This document shows, in pieces, positions 50,601 to 61,000 of a DNA stretch of 64,000 nucleotides. Each line of letters starts with the position of its first letter. The stretch's first letter is position 1. Source of the DNA: Stylophora pistillata (lineage: Eukaryota); the NCBI RefSeq assembly GCF_002571385.2, contig NW_019218188.1, forward strand, positions 1 to 64,000, given 5' to 3'. The notes beneath the pieces were generated by a model. The model was not told the DNA's origin. It did not search any database and saw only the letters and a list, made by a program, of their open reading frames with translations. Both the position numbers and the translations under genes were made by a program.

Positions 50601-53600
50601 CGAAGCGTTCGGAAACGAACGAACGGCGTCCGAGTTCGAATAGAAGCGTCGGAAATCGGGAAGAAACGTACAAAATCCTTTTGAACACCTGCGCAACACA
50701 AACGCAACGTTACAAATAGGACATCTCTCGATTTCTCGACAGAAATTTTCTTAAGAGTCCTAAGTGAAATATGAGGCGCAGGGGCGTAGTTACTTACTGT
50801 CGCGTGGGTAAGCGTTTGCTCTTTTTAAAACAGTCTGTTATCCACTTCTTTGTGACGATCCATCCTTTTCCTAACGTTATGTAAAAAAAAATATAGTAGA
50901 CATTAAATAAATCAAGATAATTTTTTCAGGTTACCTGCAGTTCAAGTTATTGCATAAAAAGAAATTTGAAAAAAATTCAGGCGTCGACAAGGATGGTGCT
51001 CTTAGCCCCCCGCCTTCGGTTACTTTCCCGTTACAAAATGTCAGTATACGTGTTCACCATACTGATCTATTTGAAGGCTCGATTACCAGCAGCTAGCCAG
51101 CCGCTGTCCAGGAACCGGAACGAGAAAGACTGGACCCGAGAGAGCGGCGGAAATGGAGCCTAACCTCTTTACATATGCATTGGTACTGAGAAGGACAATT
51201 CTTTTTTGTCAATCGGGACCTTCTTTTTTGTCAGTGATCATTTTCTTTATTCTCATGACCTCAATGTTGGATTCAGTCGTGATGATCTACGGAGAAATCA
51301 CATGTTAATCAGATCAGGGGTCAAGGGGTTAACTTCGTATCGAAAACTCCTTTGGCCACTGACACATGCTTGAAATTTAATGCAAGCAACAACTAACCTT
51401 TCACTTGGTTGAACTTTGGAGTGTTGGCGAAGGCACAACTACAAAAAGGAAAAAAATGAGGCATTAAAGTTCATTGAATCCCTTCGTGCCACGCAGTGCA
51501 GCATGAAAGTTTTGCAGGTCTTACTGTTTGTAGATTTTGAACATTGTCACAGCACGCCTCTTACATGAGATGTGTGCATCCTATTCCCCAGTCCTGTCTG
51601 TATTGCGCTCCCATCTGCAATGCTTTTTCGCGAAGATCACCTCGCTCAGGGTTCACAAATCCACTTATAACAAACACCACACCTTTCTTCGAAAGACATA
51701 CAAACAAAAAAATGCAAGAAGCGATTAGAGCCTAAAGTGAATTGTTTTTGCTGAAAGACAAACGAGCAAAGAGGTGAGATGGATTTTAGAAGCCAAACGT
51801 TACCATAATTTCATCAAAAGGAACAGAACTTTCGTCACGAATGGGAGATTCTGAAGAAAAAATTACAAAATAATTACTTATTGCCTGGTGGGCTTGTCAT
51901 CGTTGTCTCTTTCTAGCAAATACTTGTATTGGCGTCAAAATTAATTCAGTCACGGTCAAAACATTTTGAAAAATCATCCTGTTTATGTGCTTTCACCTCT
52001 TTTTTTCTTAGAAGGTGGCGCTGGTTTGTTTCCATTTTTCCCTTCTGGTGAATCTTCATACTTCCGTTTGGTACTCTGAAAGTCAAAAAGAAAGAAAATT
52101 TTGATTAGGGCTAGTTATTTCCAAATGGTGGTGAAGGGTTTATTCGTGACGCGTGATCAAGGCCAAAATTAGTATGTGGCTCATGAATTTTACAGAAAAG
52201 CGAGCGTGATTCGTGAATTTATCAACCGAAAACCTTGAGGCGTGAGGCGTGATTTGCCTCCTGAAATATACGTGACCCGTGAATTTTAGATTTTCCGGGA
52301 AACCTTGTACACGAGAAGAGAAATTTGGCCTTTTCCCTTTTTCAACAGCCGTCCTCAGGCACGGAAAACGTGATTAATCAAGTCGAAATTTGTTCTGAAG
52401 CTAACTGAATGAAAAATTGGTGCATTTAAAAAATTGACCTGAAGTTCAAGTTTGAAGTTCATTTATTTGTTTTAGCAGGTTGATTAATTTGGCAGCTGTA
52501 ATAGCTGAACANNNNNNNNNNNNNNNNNNNNNNNNNNNNNNNNNNNNNNNNNNNNNNNNNNNNNNNNNNNNNNNNNNNNNNNNNNNNNNNNNNNNNNNNN
52601 NNNNNNNNNNNNNNNNNNNNNNNNNNNNNNNNNNNNNNNNNNNNNNNNNNNNNNNNNNNNNNNNNNNNNNNNNNNNNNNNNNNNNNNNNNNNNNNNNNNN
52701 NNNNNNNNNNNNNNNNNNNNNNNNNNNNNNNNNNNNNNNNNNNNNNNNNNNNNNNNNNNNNNNNNNNNNNNNNNNNNNNNNNNNNNNNNNNNNNNNNNNN
52801 NNNNNNNNNNNNNNNNNNNNNNNNNNNNNNNNNNNNNNNNNNNNNNNNNNNNNNNNNNNNNNNNNNNNNNNNNNNNNNNNNNNNNNNNNNNNNNNNNNNN
52901 NNNNNNNNNNNNNNNNNNNNNNNNNNNNNNNNNNNNNNNNNNNNNNNNNNNNNNNNNTCTATCCATTGAGCTAACCGGGAGGCGGTCACCCGCCAATAAG
53001 AACCCGCCAGTAAGAACCTACCTCAGTTGTTTTCCTTTGAAAAGATTTCTCATCCGGTTTTGGGGAAGATCTTCGTTCAATTTTGTCTGCTCTGTCTCTA
53101 GCAACTGGTTGTCTGTCTGAGGCTACTGAGGGTGTACCTTTGGTCCCTAACTGTCCATCCTTAGTTGATGGGTGTCTGTGATTTTGAGCAGTGCTGGCAG
53201 CTATTGTTCTCTTGTCAACTGAAGAGCTGGTAGCCAATGATGCTGCTCGCACTTCAGCTGCGGTGGCCATGGGTGGTGGAGAGGTTTTCTTTTGAAGTTT
53301 TTTGAAAAACAGATTTCCAGAGGAAATTTTTTGCTCTTCGCTATCACTATCATCTTTTAATGTGAAGCGTCCAAGTCTCTTTGAACCCTGAAATTATCGT
53401 AGAGAAATCATGATCATATTGGTCTAAAATAAATTTTCCAAGAAATTGGCCATATTCTGCTACAGAATGAGCCAAGAACATGATACAACTGAAGCATATT
53501 TGCCAGAAGAAGTAAGCCGATCACTGGGAAGAGGAATTAAACATCAAAACGTTCACTAGATTTAACAACTACTGGCCTTCATTCAAAGACATCCTACACT

Positions 53601-56600
53601 AACAAAATCAATAATTTAAGAAAGCTTTCATGGTAGCAGGTACAAGCAACTCTACAGTCCATAATAAGCATTCTTATTAGGGTTAACAAGTAAGTAATGC
53701 TTTAACAGACGGGTAGAGTTCACTTTGTTTGATTTTAGGGATTTTTCTCATGATGCTTATTATTAGACATCCTACACTAAGAAAATCAGTTATTTAAGAA
53801 AGCTTTCATGGTTGAAGGTCCAAGCAACTCTGTCACCCATAATAAGCATTCTTGTTAGGGTTAACAAGTGAGTAACGCTTTAACAGATGCCTTGGGTAGA
53901 ATTCAATTTGTTTGATTTTAGGGATTTATTTTTCTCATAAAGCTTATTATAATTTTTTTTTTTAAATTGTAGAAATCAAGGTTGCACACAAGTAGGACTA
54001 TGAAAATAATCATTCACAATCTCTCTAAAACTTTAATAAAAAGTCTTGCCAAGGAGCGGTGCAGAGAGATGAAAAGTGAAAATTTCTTTGCCACAATAAT
54101 GATTTTTGATACTCACAGTCATTGGAGTGTGGGGCTTTGCTTTCTCTGTAGCTAAAGAGTACTCATCCATGTCATCAGGGGGAGAGTGGAGGTTTATAAA
54201 GGAAAGACCATACCGTTCATTCTAAAGGATGGCAAGAATAATCAAAAAGGAACCTGTTGCAGTTTTTTTTTTTATCTTTATTAACTGAGGACAAATGTAT
54301 TGATTTCATCATCTTTGTCAATTTGCACGTTACCTTTTCCTTGTTACAATTTTTCCCTACTGAAAAGTGGAGTGTGACTGATATCAAATTAATATCAACT
54401 TTTAATGCCATTTATGTTGAGGATAATGGTACTCGCTTGGTTTACCTCTTGAAAATTTATATTGGAAAAGTAAAAACATCTGTTTCAAATATAACTCTAG
54501 AGGATGAACTGTTATCATCTTGCTGAGCAATGAGCCACACATTCTATCAGTTTACAGGTAAATAAATAATAAATAAATAATTTAATGATGGACATTCCAC
54601 TAGGTGGCGCTTCTTGTTCACTGTTGCCAGATCGAATTGGAATTTGGAATGTTGGTTTCTGCAGAAGGAGGAAAACCAGAGGAGCTGGAGAAAAACCCTT
54701 AGAGCAAGGACGAGAACCAACAACAAACTCAACCCACATGTGATACCAGGTCTGGGAATTGAATGCTCTCACCACTGCACCATCCCTGCTCCCCTTGGTG
54801 ATGAGAATACAAAAAACCATCAATTTGAAGATACTGCCTTGATCTCTAACCAAGTTCTCAATTATATCATAGTTTCACAAGTCAAGATGTGCTTTATATG
54901 TAGTAAAATTGTCTTTTCCTTTTATTGAATAAGACAATCATCTCCAGTTTGAAAAAGTGTTGTTTAATCTAAATACAGGTTAGGTTTAATTTTCTAGCCA
55001 TTTTATAATCCTTTCACATAGAAAACCTATGATGTGTATTACCTTATTAAATGGTTGGGTGCACACTAACTTGATCCGGTCCCATTTCTGAGTAGCAATT
55101 GGTTTAGAGAGCTTATCAACACCTGACGATAAAGTTAAATATTTAGGGAGAATATTTTGAATTGAATATTAATTAATTTCAAATAAATAAATAGAAAGAA
55201 AAATGCAAAAGGCATAAAATCTGATGAGCTTAGAGTTATATGGGCACACTAATCATAATGTTTTAGTATAATTTCAGAGCTGAGCAAAGAGTTTCCAGCG
55301 ATCTGATTGGTCGAGCGGTTCCTAATATGAAGCTATATAAACCACTCCACGTGGTTTATATAAAATATTAAAATAAAATGTTAATAAATGTTACTAAAAT
55401 GTTATGATTTTAGAAATTTCTCTGTTGTTCAGCTCTGTAATTATACTTAAACAATTATTCACCTCACCTTTGGCAAATAATTGTTAAATACTAACCAAGA
55501 AAATAGAGCCTAACCCTGTAAATCTCAGTGGAGATCAGGTCACTTTGACTTACCATATCTCGCAGAGAGGTGAAAAAAAATTCAAAATTGTCAACTTCAA
55601 GATAGAACCATGTTTTCAAAAGTATCAGTGGATGTAATGCAGTACATTTGAATCAATGGTGAATTCACTTTCAATCTGTTTGACATTCCTTTCTGGTAGT
55701 GGGTTAAAAATTTGAAAGCTTATGGAACAATGAAACATTTGTAGAGTATCCATTGGTCAGGTGACTTCTCACTCATTTCTCTAAAGAAATTTAACTGTCC
55801 TTTATTCAATAAACAAGACAGTATATTCACAATACAATACTTGTAATAAGTTACTTCACTTTTATTAAGGAGGGTAAATTTACAACATGATTGAGTGATA
55901 GGAAGTTCCTTCCAGTGGTAACATCAAGTAACGTTATCTGACACAATACACTACAACATTATTTGCCAAATCCAAACTCTGGGGCAATCAAAAATAAAAA
56001 GATTGCTCAGGCCTACCAAACATCCTCACTCTGTTGGTGTTGGTAAAAGATTTACTTTCAGCTGGGCTCATAAAAGATGATGCAACAAGAAGAACCTAAC
56101 AATAATATATAATAACACTCTCAACAAGCTTCCTATCACTGGTTATTTTTATCAAAACTATAAATTAAAAAGCAAACATTTGAAACACTTAAAAACCAAA
56201 TTAAATACAATGCTCTTGTTTTTGTCTGCACAGTACAAAAATTATGCAACACAAGCAAACAAACAAGTGAAATGTATAAAAATAAAACAAAGCAAAAAAT
56301 TCTTTTGAAAACTTGGATTTCACCTGAAATTGTTCATCAGAGCTCCAAGAAGATCGTCCAACTAATACTTCCACTAATGCTGAACCATTGTTACCTAGAT
56401 AATTATGATCAATGTAAAGTAAACAGCATTGAATACCTTTTAATATTTAACAATTATTCCACAAGCACGCATTGGATATGAGATGACAGATAGCCAATGA
56501 GGCATGTTGCTCCAAGTTGGCTATAATCATCTCATATCCAACAAGCGTGAGTGGAATAAATGTTTTATTAAAAACACCTCAAGATATTAGACAAATCTTA

Positions 56601-56682
56601 CCAAATCTTAAATTTTTTAGCTTTCTTTTAATTTTAAGCTGATGTATATGCTTACCATATTTGTAGATTATGGTATATAATA

Positions 56683-56718
<36 letters not shown>

Positions 56719-57739
56719 CATCCAATGACCCAGTTTTTAATATCTCTCATACTTAATGGCAAGCAGCCTTTTACCCTTTCACCACTGAAAGTAATAACTC
56801 TTCTTACAATTTCAAAACACTGTCTACCTGACAGGAGATTAAAATAAACAGACTTGATGACCAGAGGACATAATCTTGATCTTGCATTAAATTCTCTCAA
56901 GAAATTTATGTGGGAATGTGTGGCAGCGAAGAGCAAAAATTATTGACTGAATTGTTTGTAATGGGTGACAACAACATCCAGGGAGAAAAGCTTGTTAAGT
57001 TAAGCTCATAGTTTTTTACTTTGGTTATATCAACTAAGTTGAAATTGTAAATTGGCCACCATAAAGAGCTAAAAAGCTGATGTTATGAGCGTTAGCCTTT
57101 TGCTCTGACGAAGGGCTAATGCTTGAAATGTCAGCATTTAACTCTTAATGGTCGCCAATTTACAATTTCAACTTAGTTGATATAATCAAATTACCTTGTC
57201 ACTCCCACCAACGTAGCACCACAGTTTCTTTAGAAACTTACCCCTTTTATTCATAGTTTTTTAGTTCAAGATTCATATTATAACTACTTCTAGAAGGAAA
57301 AGATGCTGACCAATATCAATGGAGTGTATCTGCATTGCCTTCTCAAGCTGAAATGGAAAAAAAATTTAAGTCTTAACATCATACAAGAGTATACAAAGTT
57401 TTACCACAATGGAAATAATACAGGCATTCAGTGTGTTTGAAGTTGCACAAATATCATTTCTATCAAAACTTTTACCTCCAAAATGACTGAAGCTTGTTTC
57501 TCTCCTGGAGAAGCACACCTCCATTTTCTATACGTTTCTGATTTAAGCAGGTTCTGTGCTGGTTGTGTCTAGGAAGAACAAAGTTGTGAAATCAATATTT
57601 AATGTTTAGGAAGGGGAAGTTGTCGATTCAACTTCTAGATTAAGATATGGCCGCGTGACACAAGGAAAGCGAAACAAATCGAACTTACCGTATCTTCGCT
57701 GCTAAATGATAACACATGTCTGGGACGAATAAGAGGCAT
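47657..57739 (-). CDS. XRCC1: DNA repair scaffold XRCC1 (about 20 exons)
   Basis: Exons 57739-57689, 57568-57476, 57347-57311, 56394-56324, 56095-56017, 55122-55043, 54221-54117, 53387-53022, 52075-51997, 51850-51804, 51686-51565, 51438-51398, 50870-50798, 50494-50353, 50175-50097, 49879-49714, [49097-49078?], 48527-48410, 48254-48179, 47767-47657. NTD (MPLIRPRHVLSFSSED..NLLKSETYRKWR), BRCT1 (GVVFVISGFVNPERGDLR..THLICAFANTPK), YGGSTDDE, BRCT2 (LPDFFSHKHFMLYG..NPSLAFVRPRWI). Confidence 0.95.
48685..48888 (-). mobile_element. tRNA-derived SINE
   Basis: Minus strand GGGAGGCGCGGTGGTCTCATAGTTAGTGCGCTCGACTCCGGATCGAGTGGTCTGGGTTCGAACCC (A/B boxes), then the body shared with 676-812, ~59540-59750 and ~62030-62150. 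Confidence 0.8.
48890..49050. mobile_element. Penelope-derived palindromic element (decayed)
   Basis: ATAATGTAAATTGGCCACC..GTTAGCCCTTC..GAAGGGCTACCGCTCAAAACGTC..CCAATTTACATTATCAAC. Confidence 0.65.
49215..49622 (+). mobile_element. 3' end of a CR1/L2-type LINE
   Basis: HSYNTRNND.IELP..K.NWGK..FNEL..FKK C-terminal signature, an AT-rich 3' UTR, AATAAA and a (TTA)n tail. Confidence 0.65.
53587..53948. repeat. ~180-bp intronic tandem duplication (2 diverged copies)
   Basis: AGACATCCTACACTAA.AAAATCA..GCTTATT begins at 53587 and again at 53766. Confidence 0.9.
54600..54795 (-). mobile_element. tRNA-derived SINE (second family)
   Basis: Minus strand GGGAGCAGGGATGGTGCAGTGGTGAGAGC..ATGTGGGTTGAGTTTGTTGTTGGTTCTCGTCC..GGTTTTCCTCC..CAAATTCCAATTCGATCTG. 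Confidence 0.7.
57019..57250. mobile_element. Penelope-derived palindromic element with a CTGACGA hammerhead core and 13-bp TSD
   Basis: TCATAGTTTTTTA at 57006-57018 and 57251-57263. CTGACGAAGGGCTAATGCTTGAAATGTC at 57105. Confidence 0.75.
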
Positions 57740-58040
57740 ACCTTGGCTTTTAACAATTAATTTTCTTCATAAATCGTCAAATTCTGTAAAAGTAGCAAAT
57801 TAAGACATGGTAACTCGCCAGGTGTAAAACATCCCCCAGGCATTCCTTGTTTTGCACGGTTGAGCTCTGGATCCAGTGTTTACGTCATTTTCCCGCCAAC
57901 TTCCTGTAAAGTTGCTCAGGCACCCCTGCTTGCTCCATTCCACTACACGTGACTCTACCAAACTTCGCCTGGCTATCGCAGAACTCTCTCCGCGACCATT
58001 TCCTCGCTTGCAAGTCTCCTTTTTCTACTATTCTACAAGA
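57740..58040. promoter_or_regulatory. Putative bidirectional promoter shared by XRCC1 and RRM-TatD
   Basis: Only 301 bp separate the two divergent ATGs. Contains TTACGTCA (CRE-like), TTTCCCGCC (E2F-like), ACTTCCTG (ETS-like) and CACGTG (E-box) within 57880-57952. Confidence 0.7.
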
Positions 58041-61000
58041 ATGTCAACAAATAGACGATTTTACATAGGTAGGTGCAGTTAGCGTTCTGTAAACTGGAAC
58101 TAAATACATCGGCATAGCCGAGCTTGTATGTTGTGACAGGCGTTCAGGTGTTGTGCTCTAAATCTCCAGCCGTCTCTTTTTTGTGGTCGTTATGAGCAGC
58201 TTTATTTTGTTTGTCAAGTCGAGTTCATGCTTTTCGCGCTATTATGTAGCCACTGAATCCTCTCACTCGAATTATTTGGCCGTGTTGTTGTGGTTGTCAC
58301 AGTTTCGAAATTAATTAAGACAGAAAGCACGGAAATCTCTCGATGACGTTGAAACAGCTAAGAGCATTATGACCTTTCTAAAGAGCTACAGAAAGCGATT
58401 TTGATGGAATGATAAACCCTAGAGTTTAATAAAACTACAGAGAGATGATTGCGATCTTGGCCTTGGCATGGTTATTCCTCTTTAGCTTGAGATTAGTTCT
58501 CTCGCGATGAAACATGAAACTTCACTCGACATTCTGTACTTGTGCAAACCCCTTTTTACGTGTGCTGATCCAACACGTGATGTTTAGGAAATTTGAAGAT
58601 TAAGTTGACCTCTCACCAGGCAGTGGCTTCATCATTCCACATCCCGACAAATGATTGTAGTTCCTGAGGTCAGAATATATATATCTTATTAACCAAGCAC
58701 GAGGGCCGTACTGGGAGAATATCGGCCCGAGGTCTTGACAGTACGGACCGAGCGCAGCAAGGTCCGTACAAAAAAGACTGAGGGCCGATATTCTTCCAGT
58801 ACGGTCCCGAGCAAGCTTGGTTAATAAGAGATTTATTGCACGACTGAAGTTCAAAGGGACACAAGTGCGGTATAATTTGGGACCATTCGGGACAGTGCCC
58901 AGTCCAATACTGAAAGAATATTGACCGGCAATTGAGCATTTTGATTTGTTGATTTTAGTTGCTGGCCCTCTAACTGCCCGAGTGGTGTAATAATTGTTTT
59001 TATTAATGCACTCTTCTACTGGCTGCCGATTTTCACAACCTATCGTGTTTCTAACGCCAGCAGATTAAAAAACTCCCCTCCAATGTCAACAAATGCCTAC
59101 TGGCCAATTTCTCATGCCTCTCTGTAGAAGAATTTGAAAATGAAAAATATGATGCCTTTGACTCAAAATTAGCAGAGAGTTGTACACAAAAGACCTTCAA
59201 AATTCCTGTTATTTTCTTTTGGAGCCTTGCATTTCAAGCGTGTGCTGTTGTTTTTTGCTTAATATGATCCATACTTTGTTTGTGTTTCAGGCAATCTTTC
59301 TTTGAAAGTGACTAAAGATGATCTTCGCCGTCACTTTGGTTTAGATAGCACACCTTACTTGAGATCAAATTCATGGATTGAATTATCTGTGGAACGTCCA
59401 GGAACTTCTTATGGATTTGGATTTATTAATGTACCAGAGCAACTGGCAGGTAAGTTTTGAGCACAATGATAAAGATTAAGTCTGTTCTCAAGCCAAGTGC
59501 TTGCTCCCTTCCCCCCCTCCCCTCCCCCCATCCCCAGCTGGAGCTTATGTCAGTTTCCATAGCATGAAGCAACTAGTTGTATAACTATTCTGCCCTGGAA
59601 GGGATGCTAGTCCATTGCAAGGGTACCCCCCCTGTATTTCATCATGCCTCCCTAACAATTCACGAGAACCTGTTGATACTCTTGGGTGGAGAGAGGTACT
59701 TTGAGAGAGAAGTGTTTTGCCCAAGAATACAACACAACAATGACTCGGCCAGGCATAGGCAGCAGAACTATAACTGTGCCATCACCTTGGTTGCAAGATA
59801 GATAAAACTTTGAGACTCCATTGTACTCCAGGTCACTTACTTCAGCTGAATGGAACAAAGCTTTATGACAGGTACATCAAAGTTGAACCAGCTAATACAC
59901 AAGGAGGAGGAGGAGGAAGTCGCAGGAGTAAAGTCTCTATTCCTTCAATGTTTCCATCCTCGTATGTAATGCCAATTCCACAGCTTGCTAATTATCCCTA
60001 TGGAATGAACCAGTATAATAATAACATAAGGGGTCGAAGGAACAGGCGACTTCCTCAAGGTCCAAATGAAATAGTGACAGTTCCAGAAGATAAAAGGTTG
60101 CAGCTTATTGATGTTGGTGTCAATCTGCCAAACAAAGCGTGAGTCAAGGTTCATTATTTAACTTTATTATATTGCAAGGCAGTCCTGTAAATCTGAACAT
60201 TCTGATTGGTTCTTTCTTGGTCAGGATTTTGCCATACAGAACCTGTCCTCAGAAACAGTTATTAGTCAATTTTTTTATAAAATAAAGTAGTTTAATCCAA
60301 TTTCCATATGACAGACCACTTACTAATCTTGCTTGCTCCAGTCGTACTGCCTGGAATATTGGTCCTTGGTTATTTTTGTACAGATGTCCCCATGCTTGGT
60401 CCATACTGCCACAATCTTGACCCAATATTCCCCTTTACGGCCCTTGTGCTCGGTTAGTAAGAAGTTAGTACACTGTGGTTGGCTCCTTCTTGGTGAAGGA
60501 GACACGGGACACATCACAATAGGCCATTGCAGAAATGTGAGAGGACTGGGGAAAGAGTGTGGTTGTTTTCCGTTTGTTTGAAAATCTAAGATATTCAAAG
60601 AAAGGATCAACTAAATTTGAGAGTCTTAAGCAAGAATGGAAGTATTTCGAGGAGGAAAATGGCAAAATAACAGCTTTTCAAATATCACCTAAAATAGAGA
60701 GTTTGTATGGATTGGGTAGACAGGGCAAAAAATTTTAAGGGTTTGTATGGAATTTTTGCGAGGCTCCAATTTGGACACTTTTCTGCTAAAAACTCTCAAA
60801 CTTGGCTGGGTAGCTTTTCATTCAGTAACATTTCAGTTGAAATTGTTAGATTTTCAATGTAATCAATATAAGAAACTTGTCCCAGTCCTCCCACGTTTCT
60901 GCAATGGGCTATAGAGTACTGCCTCATTAACCTATTATTTTCCTCATTCTTTTGTCTTTTGTTCTCTATTGTTTTATGTCAACTGTGTCTGTTACACCAA

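Noticed and set aside
52958-52990. tRNA-like 5' half on the minus strand (CTCCCGGTTAGCTCAATGGATAGA)
   Set aside because: Cut by the gap and more consistent with a SINE head; no cloverleaf can be verified.
53587-53948. Tandem intronic units as snoRNAs or a CRISPR-like array
   Set aside because: No C/D or H/ACA boxes in proper positions, no repeat-spacer structure, and a eukaryotic context.
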